DNA from: Amphiscolops sp. MND2022
Taxonomy: Eukaryota
NCBI GenBank assembly: GCA_964187785.1
Contig: OZ076409.1
Location: 9,302,001-9,366,000 of the forward strand
DNA length: 64,000 nt
Reading direction: 5' to 3'
Positions 12,301-24,594 of the stretch are shown here, in pieces. How positions within the stretch are numbered: the stretch's first letter is position 1; each line of letters starts with the position of its first letter. The translations under genes and the position numbers were made by a program. The notes below the pieces were generated by a model that was not told where the DNA came from, made no database searches, and saw only the letters and a program-made list of their open reading frames with translations.

Positions 12301-13669
12301 GGAATGGACGACTTGTTATTGCGAGATAAAGTTTTTGTTGCTCGCCTGTTTGTTACAAGAAACATCCTTAGCCAATGTAAGTAATCTTCCAATATCCTCT
12401 TCAGTTTCTCTCTGTTTCCCGACTGTTGTTTAGTTCTTTTCTGTTTTTTTGATTGTTGTTTCTTCTTCCTTCGTACTGTCTTCATACTTCCACTATGGCT
12501 TTGTGAGGGTCAATACTGTTTTCTTGTTCTAGACAACTCGACATTCAGTGAGGTCTTCAGTTGAACATCAGGCGGATTTCGACTCTACAATCATTATTGT
12601 GTCTTCGTGTACACTCAGTTGCAAAAGATCTTACCTGATTCCTTTCTCGGGGCAATATCTGATTGGAACAAGTATATGAGCCTCAACATGGACGACGTTA
12701 CCCTGCCCTTTAAGACTGTCGATGACATGCTCCAAGATCACGATCTTTCTGATTTGCTTTCTAAAAGCAAAATGTCTACTCCCCGGCGATTTGTACGCCA
12801 AGTAATTGCGTTCTACAAGCACTTTTTCAAATTGTTGTTGATAAATGACGTGGCCACATCTGCTTTCGTGCGGGGACTCTCCGCATTTGATGAACCAGTG
12901 GTTCGTAGCGGACGAGAAGCAGATTACACTGATGCTAACCAGAGCCTTGCAGGTTATTTTGTTCAGCAGAAATGGATGGCCCCACATACGAAACCCGTCG
13001 TAGTGAGTGAATATTGTTCGCTCGTTACCAAACTGCGTAGTGAGAATTTCCCTACAGTTAAAGACTGGGTTGGGACTTTTTCTTGTCACTATGAAATCCA
13101 ATGCCGGATTGAATTGTTTCACTTTTTTCAAGACTATTGCCAAGCTTTACGAGGACCTTGCCCCGTTCGTTTGCCTTTTAGAGTGACGATCCCCGGGTTG
13201 AAGTCCAGCCTTTCTTCAATTTTCTTCCTGTGTCAGTAGTCTTCAGTGCTCTTTGGCATTGTTCCAGAAATGTGAGAGCCTATTTATGGATTCTGCTGCA
13301 TTGCCACGAGCTTTTGAATTGGTTAAGCGAGGCCCTTCATTAATCCTCAAGAGGAACTTCTCTGTTTGGAATATCTTGTCCTCGACTCATTTCCTTAAAA
13401 CTGGGTTACTGTCTTCACTCAATGGGTATTACGCCAAAAAGGAACGGATCAACGACAGGTCTTGGATTGTGGCGGATGAAACAGCAAATTTGTCCCCTGT
13501 ACGTAGTTCGAGTGCTGAGGGTACTCCTGTGAAACGTGTTCCAGGATCACCTGATTCAACCCCTTCAAACAATCCGGTCGCCCGACGATTGACCGAAGTG
13601 CCAGTTATTTCTGAAGTTCCAGTGAAAGTCATCTCGAGGAAAAAAGGAATGCTAGTGTTCTTTAGTTGA
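9312..13669 (+). pseudogene. Antisense, multi-exon cargo gene of element A (Ser/Pro-rich region, C2H2/BED-like zinc finger, helical body possibly hAT-transposase derived); a few stops and frameshifts
   Basis: ORFs 9584-10777 (YRCRVC...HHYRTDAH), 10983-11540, 12607-13239, 13253-13669. Exons 12048-12182, 12295-12376 and 12533 onward join in frame at GT-AG sites. Homologous to 62659-64000. Confidence 0.8.
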
Positions 13670-16600
13670 AGACTCTTCTCCAAAGTTACCGGCATGGACG
13701 GTTGATCAATTTGATTTGTAATTCTTTTGTACCTTGTTGTATTTATTTGTTTTTCATTTCCACAAGGGAAAAAGAAAGAAAGATTTAGAGAGTTGAATTT
13801 TGTTGATTTTTGTTTTTAATATCTGTATGAATCTGAGAAGTTGGGATTTGAGTTGGGTCGTAAATTGTATTTTTCACCACGTGTATTGGTAGGGGTTTTT
13901 CCTTTTTGAACCTCATCGTTTTCTTGATTTCCATCTGTATTTTCTGGGGATTTTTCTGCATCAAGAGTAGGGTTAGGTTGTAAGTCTTGTTGATTATCAT
14001 TTATATCGAATTCATTTTCTGCATTTTCAGTTGGGTTTCTATATTACGAACGGTAGTTTGTTCTACTGGGGCTCCCCCTCTGTTTTTTGAAATTTCGAGG
14101 GAGGGTGGGTGGTTTATCGGTACATATTCTTGTATGTCATCTTGTTCGTTATCTGGGAGTTTTGTGTCAAATCGGTCTGTACCAAAGTTTGTATCCCATG
14201 TATGGGCATACAGATCATCGTGTAACTATTATGTTGTCATCTTTTTGCCAATCTGTTTCTCTGACAAAATTATTGGCTATTGGTGCGCTAGGTGTACATT
14301 TCCTCAAACGTATTCGGTGTAACAGTTGTGTTTTGTTTGTCCCTAGCCTTCGTACAATGTAATTATTGTTAGGTAGGACTTTTTCGACTTTGTAGGGACC
14401 TATCCAACGGAATTCTCGGAACGGAATTTTTGTTGCTTGTGTGTCTGCCTTTGGGTTCAGTATGTAGCAATAGTCTGTTGTAGTAAGAGGTGCTGCTTTT
14501 GCCTTGCGGTCATAGTATGTTTTATACTTTAAGTATGACTGCATGATATTCTTTTTGGTTTGGTCATTGAGTATCTCCATTCTGCGTTGTATTTCTTCTG
14601 CAATGTCAGACTGTGCAGTATACCGTGGGTTAGGGTTATAGCCTAGCTTGTAGTCTAGGATGTTATGTGGTATCCTGCCGTGGAAAACACGGGTGGGTTC
14701 ACATCCTAAGCTGGCATGATACGTTGTGTTGTGGTTTAAGACAGCCAGTGGTAGGAATTTGTGCCAAATATTGCGAAATTCACCTGTTGCTGCTTTCAAA
14801 TGTGTTTTTACTGTAGCATGAGTGCGTTCTAGCATGCCGATTGTTTGTCCATGTTTTGTCGAAGCATGTTTTAGTTCATTTCCAAGCACTGCTGCTACTT
14901 CGCGGGTGATCTGTGAGTTGAATTGAGTGCCCATGTCAGTTATTATGGTCGTTGGTAAATATGTGTGTTTACACAAAATGTCCATAGTGACTCTTGCGAC
15001 TGTAGGGGGCTGTGATTCGGGTTGTTGGATAAGCAAATAAATATCTTGAGAAGACATCAATTGCTGTTATGGTGTTATCAAACCCTCCACTTGGTGGTAG
15101 ATTAGGTAGGATGTCCATCTGAAGAATATCTTCTGGACCGATTTCCCATTCTGGACAATTTAAAAGTTCTGTTTTTAGTAAATCGTTATTGATGCTTTTG
15201 TTTTGAATGCACATTTGGCAGTTTTGTACACAATTTTTGATGTGCTTTGCCAAGCATGGGTAGTAATATTTCTGTCGTGCTTCCTGTATCATTTTTGTTA
15301 TTCCTGGGTGATTTGCTTTGTGTCCGTGTAATGCTTGTAGGAACTCCTCGACAAGCTGTTTTTGTAAGAGTAGTTGGTAGCGTGAAATTTGTCCGATATC
15401 ATTGTAGTATTTTCGTACAAGAATGTCTCGGCGGATTTCGATGCGGGGTATATTTTGTAGATAATGTTGGTAGCGGTTGTCTTGTGTGGACGCTGACTCA
15501 TCAAAAAGCTCACCCTCTCTTTTTGCTCTGAGATTACGAAGGACTGGGTCATTATTTTGTTCGAGTCGGATTTTTGCGTTGTCTCGGAAATGTCCTTTCG
15601 ATAATCTATTGTTCCGGCAGTTGTTTTATGGAAATTTGTAATTCAGTTATTTCATTTTCCGGTTCGTTGTGTGTTTCTGTTTGTGCTTGATTTCTAATAT
15701 TGTCTTTTTGTTCCCAGAGTGTTTTTTCATCGTTATCATCATCTGGGTGGATGTAAATTTGTTCTTCTTCAGCTATGCCAGAGGATTGTATATTAACCTC
15801 GATAGCTTTTGTTTGTAGGTCGTTACGTAAATTCATTTCTAGTTTTTCTGTCGGGTTGATTTCCGTTCGCGACAAGAAGTCTGCAGCCGTATTCATTGCT
15901 CCTGTCACATGTGCTATGACGAAATTGTACTGCAGGACGTAGTCGCATGCGTTCCATAGTGCTGGGGGAATGATTCGTGTTTGGAAAAATCTGGTGACTG
16001 CTCGGTTGTCGATAAAGACAATTACAGGAAAAGTACTACCCCACATTAGGTGTCCAAATTCTGAGAATGCAAAGAAAATGGCTAAAAACTCTTTCGCATA
16101 TATTGACATTTTTAGTTGGGTTGAGTTGAAAGTTTTTGAGCCGAATGCGATTGGGGCGTATGTTTTGCGTTTGGATTGTAATTTTTGTTGAGGGTCGTCT
16201 TCAATCATAATCGCATATCCTGCAGCTGTAAAACTGGCATCTGACATGACGATTAGTTGTTTGTCTTTAAGTGGTTGTTTGAGTGCCATTTGGCAAGATT
16301 GAAGGAGGAGGGTGTTTAACTGTTCAAAATTGCTTGTAAATTCAGTAGCAATGTAGAATTTGTTGGTTTCCTTCAGTAGTTTGAAGAAAGGGGTGAGTCG
16401 TTCCGAAAAGCGTGGTATACAATTTTGTAATAATTCAGAAAACCAATAAACCTTTAAAGGCCTTTTTTGGATTTGGAGAGTTTAAGTTTCGCTAAGAAAT
16501 CTTTGACTTTGTCTACTTGGGGAGAAACTCCTTCAGGTGTGATCGTTCTTCCCAGGAAGTCGACCTGTTTGACTCCAAAATGGCATTTTGACATTGACAA

Positions 16601-18765
16601 TTTCATTCCTGCGTTCCGTATACATTCAAAGACTGCTCGGATGTTTATACACAGCTGTGTCACTGTGTTTGCTGCAAGTCCGATGTCATCGACGTATTGG
16701 GCGCATTGGTCTGCTTTGATGAGGGTGTCTAAGTATTCCCTTATGAAACCGGAGAATGCTGAAAGTGATCGGCTAGGGCCTTGTGCTATCCGCCGATACG
16801 CAAAGGTTCGGCTAGCAAAGTTAAAGGCCAACATCTGAATTGATTGGTAATCTGCCATCTGAAGGCAGTGGTACGCTTGTGAACAGTCAAGTTTACAAAA
16901 AAAATTTCTTTCCTGCCATATGTTGGGCTGCATCGGAAAGTGTACCGACTGGGTGGTTGTTATTTACGTAGTCTTCGGAGATGAGATTCTTCATCTTGCG
17001 CAAGTCGACTAAGAGTCGCAAACGACCATTAGATTTTCGTTTCGCATATTTAGACTTGCGTATTTAGAGAAAGGTAGAGTTGTTATTATACCATACTTGT
17101 GAAGTAGGGCAAGTTCTACCGTGATGTCATCTTTTAGGTTGATCGGAGTTGGAAGACTTCGACTGTATGCTGGTCGATCATCATTTGGTGTGAGTTTGAC
17201 TTTGAATTTTTTTTTTGTTCCGATGTCAAACCTGTGTCTGGCAAAAATTTATGAAATTCAACCGGCAGTTCTTCCACTTTTTGTCGTTCGAAAAGAGTGA
17301 GTGTTGTGTCACTCCAATCAAAAGTGTCTAGAAACGTTTTGCGTGATTTTTTGTCGTCTTGTGGGTTGAGTTTTTCTAGTGTTTGAAGTTCCACTAGTTC
17401 ATCAAACATTCGTTTCTGAATGGGTGTATATGTTGTGGGGTCTCCAGGTTGTTCCGGTGTTGGGAACCAGTATTGTTCCGTTTTGTCTTCTTTGTCGTTT
17501 ACTTTTAAAAGTTCATTGAGGTATACGTCCGTAACTTCAGTATGTTGGTGCATGATGAATGTTAGCATTGAGGGGTTGATTGGTTTAATATGTTGCAACT
17601 GTTCTGGGGTTAAAACTCGAAAGTCGGCTAGGTGTTTGTCTGTTGTGATTGTATATGGTAGTTCTGAGAAAGTACATATTTGGTATCCGACTGCGTAATT
17701 GTTGACTGTGCAGAGGGAAGATACAAGGAAAAGTGTGTCATGATCCTCAAGGTGCGTAGATGGCGTTACTATGCCTGTTGCATCATGATCAATTAAATGT
17801 GGCATTCTGCTCGCAATGAGCATCGTTTCACCCGGTTGCAGTGTGTATGTTGCTTCTGCAAGTAGTGGTGTTCATTGTCGTGTTGGAAGATTGTGTTCTG
17901 GTTTCAATTGCATTGATAAATGTGGAAAAGTTATTATTCCTTGTCGGATGTCAAAAATGGCATTGTTCCTTTTTAGGAAACAAAGTCCATTTAGGGGGTT
18001 GGGGAAAGACTTTCATGACAATCATGAAGAACATAAAATCTGCCACTTCAAATGTTAGGCAGACTGTTCCGATTGGCGTTTCCAATTGTCCGTTTGCTAC
18101 CATTATTTGAAAATTGGGTGCAGGACCTGTGTCTGTTATTGCTTCTGGTGCAAGAAGTTTGATTTTATTTAGGTCTTGTTCCGATATTGCGCTCGTGAGA
18201 GCTCCGGTATCGATTAGACCGTCAAGTGTAAGCTTTTCGAAATCCATCGGAAAGTAATATATATGGGGTTTACTTTTAATGTCAGGTTGGTTGATAGAAG
18301 AAGCATTGGTATATCTGTTTCTTTATTAATCGTAAGATGATTTGGAATTTCGTCATCTATGAGGGGTAATTTTGGTATTGATGCAGATTCGGTTGGTGTT
18401 ACATATGAGTCTTGTGTTTGGAGAGGTTCAAAATTGTTTTTCGGAAGAGGTTCTGGTAAATTTTGTGGTGAGGTTTCGGGTTCAGATTCAAACAGATTTT
18501 CTGTTTTTTTCGTTACTTATGTCAAGGTGTGTGGTTATGTATCTGTCAGGGGCGTCTCTGTATATTTCATACAGGTCGTCCTCTGATTCATTTTGTTGAG
18601 TTCCTGGAGTCTGAGAGTCGGTCTGTTGTGTGAAAGTGTTTGTTTTTATTGGGTGAGGAGTTGGATGCTGCCAGTCATCTTTCTCCTCTGGTTTTGTAGG
18701 GCGTGGCTTTATTAGTTTAAATCCTTCGATGATGAAGGTTGTTGTCTGGGTGCTTTCGGGTTAAA

Positions 18766-20460
18766 ATGTTGTTGGAGTTTTTGTAATTTTCAATGTGTTT
18801 TTTCTGTGCTTCGGTTAGTGTCCACATCGGGGGGCGATTTTCCATATTTGCTCCGAAGTAGCATGTTGGTTCCTCATGTCCTGGTGCGTTACAATGCGCA
18901 CAGCGTATGACATCAGGGTCTTCTTCCAGCTTACGACGTTTTGCTAGTTTAGCGCAGTCTGCTGCCTTGTGCCCTGTGTTTTTCCAATAACGACATTGGT
19001 CATCTTGCAATGTATTGTTGGGCACCGTTTTTGGTGTTTATTGCTTCTTTTTTGTTGTTGCAGTTTTCTGCTGAGGTGGTTTGTCTTCTGCTTGTTTGTT
19101 TAATACCGTCATTTGCGTTTTAACGCCAGTGATTCGAGTCCATTTAATTCCATCTCACGTTCGAGATGTCGGACTATTTGCTCGTATGTTCCATTTTCAA
19201 GATAGGCTTGATTAATAGAACGTTTCAAGTGTGGTGGCATTTTTGCATAAAATAGATTTTCTATCATTTGTGATGCAATGTCACCGAAGGCTTTTTCGGT
19301 GCTTTCTTGTAGTTCTTCTAAGAAGTGTGGTAGTTTCTGGCGTTCCGGGTCAAAAACCAAGCGATGAAATCTATGTTTTGCGGGTTGTGGGTTGAGTTTT
19401 TCTAGTGTTTGAAGTTCCACTAGTTCATCAAACATTCGTTTCTGAATGGGTGTATATGTTGTGGGGTCTCCAGGTTGTTCCGGTGTTGGGAACCAGTATT
19501 GTTCCGTTTTGTCTTCTTTGTCGTTTACTTTTAAAAGTTCATTGAGGTATACGTCCGTAACTTCAGTATGTTGGTGCATGATGAATGTTAGCATTGAGGG
19601 GTTGATTGGTTTAATATGTTGCAACTGTTCTGGGGTTAAAACTCGAAAGTCGGCTAGGTGTTTGTCTGTTGTGATTGTATATGGTAGTTCTGAGAAAGTA
19701 CATATTTGGTATCCGACTGCGTAATTGTTGACTGTGCAGAGGGAAGATACAAGGAAAAGTGTGTCATGATCCTCAAGGTGCGTAGATGGCGTTACTATGC
19801 CTGTTGCATCATGATCAATTAAATGTGGCATTCTGCTCGCAATGTTTGTTGGAGTTTTTGTAATTTTCAATGTGTTTTTTCTGTGCTTCGGTTAGTGTCC
19901 ACATCGGGGGGCGATTTTCCATATTTGCTCCGAAGTAGCATGTTGGTTCCTCATGTCCTGGTGCGTTACAATGCGCACAGCGTATGACATCAGGGTCTTC
20001 TTCCAGCTTACGACGTTTTGCTAGTTTAGCGCAGTCTGCTGCCTTGTGCCCTGTGTTTTTCCAATAACGACATTGGTCATCTTGCAATGTATTGTTGGGC
20101 ACCGTTTTTGGTGTTTATTGCTTCTTTTTTGTTGTTGCAGTTTTCTGCTGAGGTGGTTTGTCTTCTGCTTGTTTGTTTATTACCGTCATTTGCGTTTTAA
20201 CGCCAGTGATTCGAGTCCATTTAATTCCATCTCACGTTCGAGATGTCGGACTATTTGCTCGTATGTTCCATTTTCAAGATAGGCTTGATTAATAGAACGT
20301 TTCAAGTGTGGTGGCATTTTTGCATAAAATAGATTTTCTATCATTTGTGATGCAATGTCACCGAAGGCTTTTTCGGTGCTTTCTTGTAATTCTTCTAAGA
20401 AGTGTGGTAGTTTCTGGCGTTCCGGGTCAAAAACCAAGCGATGAAATCTATGTTTTGCGG
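18766..20460 (-). repeat. Internal complex duplication in element A
   Basis: ~19385-19843 repeats ~17359-17817 and ~19844-20460 repeats ~18766-19383; near-identical translations in the ORF track. Confidence 0.9.
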
Positions 20461-20869
20461 ACGCACTAGATTCGGGCTTGACAGATTTTCTCCGAAACAC
20501 TACCAGTATATCTCCAAGTGTGGTTGTTGGTGTTCGCTGAATATTTTTAAATGTTTTAAATGCTAATCCACGCAAATGTGCGTGAAAATGATTTATTTTC
20601 ATTTCCTCAGTTAATGTGGGTTGAATTCTGAGTGTTGTATGGAAAAGATCTTCGAAATACTCGAATTTCTCATTCTTTTCCAATTTCCCATTGAAGGTGG
20701 GTGTATTTTTCGGATGAAAGAGTGATAGTTGTGAATTACGACTCGCTAATTTCTCAATAGCCTTTGCTATTTGGTTAACGGGGTCTTGCTGGATGTTGAG
20801 TGGTTCAGCAATCAGATGTTCATTGTGTGTTGTTGTTGTATTGTTTGAGCTTTGAGGATGAAGTGGTTT

Positions 20870-20886
20870 GGTAGCTCCTGTCACCA
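20870..20886 (-). promoter_or_regulatory. Primer-binding site of element A (TGGTGACAGGAGC), directly abutting the LTR
   Basis: TGG immediately after the LTR-terminal CA; the same TGGTGACAGGA follows the LTR in C (from 43418) and D (from 56367). Confidence 0.8.
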
Positions 20887-22358
20887 TGTGATAATCCTCT
20901 TGTGTGCGGTCCTCATTTATGACCACAGAGTCATTTAGTGTCATCTGTTTTGGTAGTGACCACAGAGTCATCATGTTTTGTATACTCAAAGGTTGTATTG
21001 GCGTTCTAAGTTCATTCATGTTAGATGGCCTGAAAGGATTATCCTGTATTTCACATTCTTGATTTTCTGGCTCAGATGCGTTTTCTTCACCGTCCTCATT
21101 ACTTGTGTATTTCAAGGTTCCTGCTCTAGGGGTGTTTTGTTCTCGGCATCGTCTGTTTGGTACGGACTGTGTTCTCCTGTTATTTTTCATCTCTTTCAAT
21201 ATTTTCTCTAACTTCTCATCCATTTCTTTTCTTAAGTTTGCTTCTTTTTTGTTCGTTTTATCTAATATTCTTTGGGTCCAGATTTGCATTTCATTTTCAT
21301 TCTGTGTTCCACTGTCTAGAGCTGTTTCTTCGTCCCTAACTGAACTGGCATTTTCAAAGTTACTTAAAGTTTCGATAAGTTTCATTACCTTGTGATTTTT
21401 CTATTTCGGATGTGCTCAACTCTCTCTCAAGCGAGGGTGACTGTCCTCGTCTAGATCTTCTATTCCTCTTGTTACCCGTTTTAATCAGGTTAAAATGCTG
21501 TTTTGGAGAGAAGAATTTCAATTAGAATGATGAGCAATGTAAAATTAGGTTGAAATAAAGTTGAAGAAAATGCGCATAATGTTAAGTTATCAAAGTTGAA
21601 ACAAAAGTTGTGAGGATGAAAAGAAAGGTCTGATCAGTCTGAAAGTTTTCTGTATAATGAATAATATTGGGTTTCTTACTCTCCTTTTTGATTTGAGCTA
21701 AATTATAAAAATCACTAAACATAGTACCCAATTTAATATAAAAATAGGTTTGTAAGTTACATCACTTCTATAAATAGATTCCTGCATGACGAATATTTTC
21801 CTGTATTTTGATTGGTCATCACACTAACTGTACCAATCCGTTCATCGTTAATGAGAAAAATGTGACAACACATAGTATGACTCATATGTAATGCAAGTAT
21901 CAATTTCAACATAGTGTAGCATGTATGATTAAGTCAACGTAATGAGTCATGCACTTAAAAGATAGAGTTGAAAAATGTGATATTGAACTGCATTGTGCTG
22001 CAAACGTAGTGCGGCAGATTGATTCAAATATTAAAGTCCTTATGCATTAATGCATCGTACAAATCATGTATAATTTATTCATTTCACTACAAATTGTGTT
22101 AAGCAGTATTATACATCAAATATGTTAACACCTTTCAACATTTGGTGAATTGTTCATGAATGGATATTACTTTACAAGTACAGTTAACTAGAATAGCAAA
22201 CAAATTCAAACAATGCTGGTGTACAAAAGTCATATATGAATTCATACAAAACAAGGTTCAAGAAGTAAGGAGTTTTCTTCAGTTTGAAATAGTAGATGGG
22301 CGAGTCATTTGCCTCTATCGCTGCTCTACGGGTCCAACACAAACTCTAGGCTGTGACA
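20887..22358 (-). repeat. 5' LTR of element A
   Basis: Direct repeat of 5641-7131; carries a short local duplication near 20940 and a ~50-bp deletion near 21703 relative to the 3' LTR. Confidence 0.95.
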
Positions 22359-23349
22359 TGTGCTGTACAACATAAAAGCTTTAGTCAACTCAAAAGAATT
22401 TTTTTCCTATTTGCTTAAGGTTTGAGCTAGGAATTAGGAGAAAGCTTTGATCATCTCTGGTATTTTTCATCTCTGGTATTACAATGTATAAGCCGTTCTG
22501 CCTCGACAAGAAAAATGTGTAAACGAAACATTGGTATGTAACTGAGCAGTGGTTTTTGCTCTGGCTGATACATCACTGACAAAAATTGTGGAATCATATC
22601 TTAGCAAGCCTTTTTTAAACCAAACATCTAAAAAATCAAAGTAGGTTAAAAAAAGCGGTTCACTAATTTCAGCGAGTAAAAAGCTCTGATTAGAAGAACG
22701 TAAGAAAGTTCACTAGATTAGTTAATAGTTGTCACAAAAATGAAAAAAAAATGTTTTCTTTTCTATGAGAGGTGCTACTACAATTTCCCTGATTCTCCAA
22801 TCAAGCCAAGACTTTAACACAATCGGTAAACTCTATCTTCCCAGGTAAGGTGTATACTCTCGAAAAAATAATTTGACTCACTGAATTCGATTTTTGAAAA
22901 CTTAGAATTTCAAAAAATCCCAAGTAAAAATATGCAGAAAAACTCAAAATTACTTACGCTATAGAAAATATAAAACTCAACATCAGAAAGTAAACCAGAG
23001 AAAATTCAATTCATTGTACTAAAAAATTTTGTTGCTGCAATTTTGTAGCACAAAGAATTCTAGAACTCAACTCTTCATAACGAAATTCAACCCACTATAA
23101 TACACAACATAATTTAATCACAACAATTATCGTAAAACCTATCGTAAAACCTACTTACGGAGATGAGGGGTTTTCGGTGAGGTGGATAAACGGAGGTTTG
23201 GATGTATCCGCTAGAATTTGGAGTCATTGGAATTGAACCATTTCCAAACAATGATGAATTCTTGTCGCGTTTCGCACTTTTTAAACAGATATATCATGCT
23301 ATTTTAGGGATTTTTTTGAAGCAAACGTAAAGCAGTATCTTTTAGGCCT

Positions 23350-23545
23350 GTTTTTCATTCTTCTAAAAACTTCTCGTACCACTGTGTTGCATGGCTCCAT
23401 TTGTTCACTAATTCGAAATTGTGGATTCGAGACCAGTGTCGCAGTCTGACGGCTGCGATTGTGACTGGTTTTCGATCTCCTATAACTACCATCGAGCCCT
23501 GCCTGGAGCAATTCCCCTGGACTGAATGGCGTTCGAACATTCATG
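23350..23545 (-). pseudogene. Tc1-like transposase DNA-binding (HTH) relic
   Basis: Frameshifted LLQAGLDG...RKPVT...RLRHWSRIH...KW resembles the Tc1/Tc3 AGL.G...RKP....RL.WA+.H...W pattern. Confidence 0.45.
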
Positions 23546-23977
23546 AACTTAGTCTATTCAGTTATGTATTTTTATTAGAAAATTTAAAATTTATCGTTTT
23601 GTTGTTGCTATTCAAAGTAATTTGGACGTTTTGTTTTATATTATACGCTAATAATTGGACACTGAGACGTACAGGCAGAGCAATGTTCACATGTTTTGTA
23701 CCGGTATGAAGAAGGTCGAAGCAGTTAGTTTGGTTAGTAGAGGAAAAAGTAGAAAAGAGAAAAGGAAAGGGAAAGATTTGCCTTGGTCGCACCAGTTAGA
23801 GTACTTGTAGTTTTATTTAGATTTTAGCTTACAGTAGGTCTTAGACGAAAAGTACTTTAAGAGACGGAGACATTAACAGAGCTGCAGTATTGGGTCTAGA
23901 TATAGAACACAACTTGTTGGTGAGACTTTTATTACAGGTGCGCTTTAACTAGTCGCAGTTATTGAGTACTATTGTAA

Positions 23978-24594
23978 GAATGTGGCAGATTTCGTCCCAG
24001 ACAGATTTCGTCCCACGTCGAATTTTGACAGATTTCGTCCCAAACAGATTTCGTCCCGAACAGATTTCGTCCCATTTTTGACAGATTTCGACCCACACAG
24101 ATTTCGTCCCATTTTAGACAGATTTCGTCCCTTTTTTGACAGAGTTCCTCCCATTTTTGACAGATTTTGTCCCGGATTACTAATAGTATGGGAAATTATT
24201 CTATGCTATACACAAAATTGAGCGCTAATCGGTATAATCTATTCGGTGATTCTTCATTCGGTGCTGTTACAGGCAATATGTATGGAACTTGATTTTTTGA
24301 AGAGGTTAGCATATTTGTTGTATGGCTCGGTCGCTTCGCTCCCTTCGCCAAGTAGCAACATTGAGACATGGCCATATGGCACGTCGCTCCGCTTCGCTTC
24401 GCTCCTGCATTTAGGGCACTAGGGGTATGTGAACATAGCTGACTACGTTATAATAATTATTTGGGACGAAATCTGTCAAAAATGGGACGAAATCTGTTTT
24501 AATGTTAAAAAATGGGACGAAATCTGTGTGGGACGAAATCTGTCAAAATGTCCATGTGGGACGAAATCTGTTTGGGACGAAATCTGCCACTCCC
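23978..24594. mobile_element. Foldback/MULE-like MITE with TIRs built from tandem ACAGATTTCGTCCC units
   Basis: Array of the unit on the left and of its reverse complement GGGACGAAATCTG on the right; flanks CTATTGTAA / CCATTGTAA fit a 9-bp TSD with one mismatch. Confidence 0.85.

Larger units (their letters stand above)
13950..21479 (-). pseudogene. gag-pol of element A (capsid-like region, two CCHC knuckles, protease LIDTGA, RT YVDD, RNase H, integrase), disrupted
   Basis: ORF fragments 20186-21385, 18717-19025, 17951-18247, 16454-16933, 15606-16289 (VMSDASF), 14215-15292; colinear with element D. Confidence 0.95.
5641..22358 (-). mobile_element. Element A: full-length 16.7-kb Ty3/gypsy LTR retrotransposon with extra genes
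   Basis: Direct repeats 5641-7131 and 20887-22358 with TG...CA ends; 5-bp TSD TGTGC at 5636-5640 and 22359-22363; domain order gag-PR-RT-RH-IN. Confidence 0.97.

Noticed and set aside
19109..19870. 253-aa ORF as a novel gene
   Set aside because: Chance in-frame fusion of pol and gag pieces made by the internal duplication.
23158..23212. ~52-bp AG...GTAAGT-bounded segment as the next NDUFA8 exon
   Set aside because: The phase-0 translation does not resemble the NDUFA8 C-terminus and it lies just downstream of a Tc1-like relic.
23982..24590. CRISPR-like look of the ACAGATTTCGTCCC repeats
   Set aside because: Spacers are only a few bases, the arrays are inverted relative to each other with a TSD, there are no cas genes and the context is eukaryotic; this is a foldback MITE.
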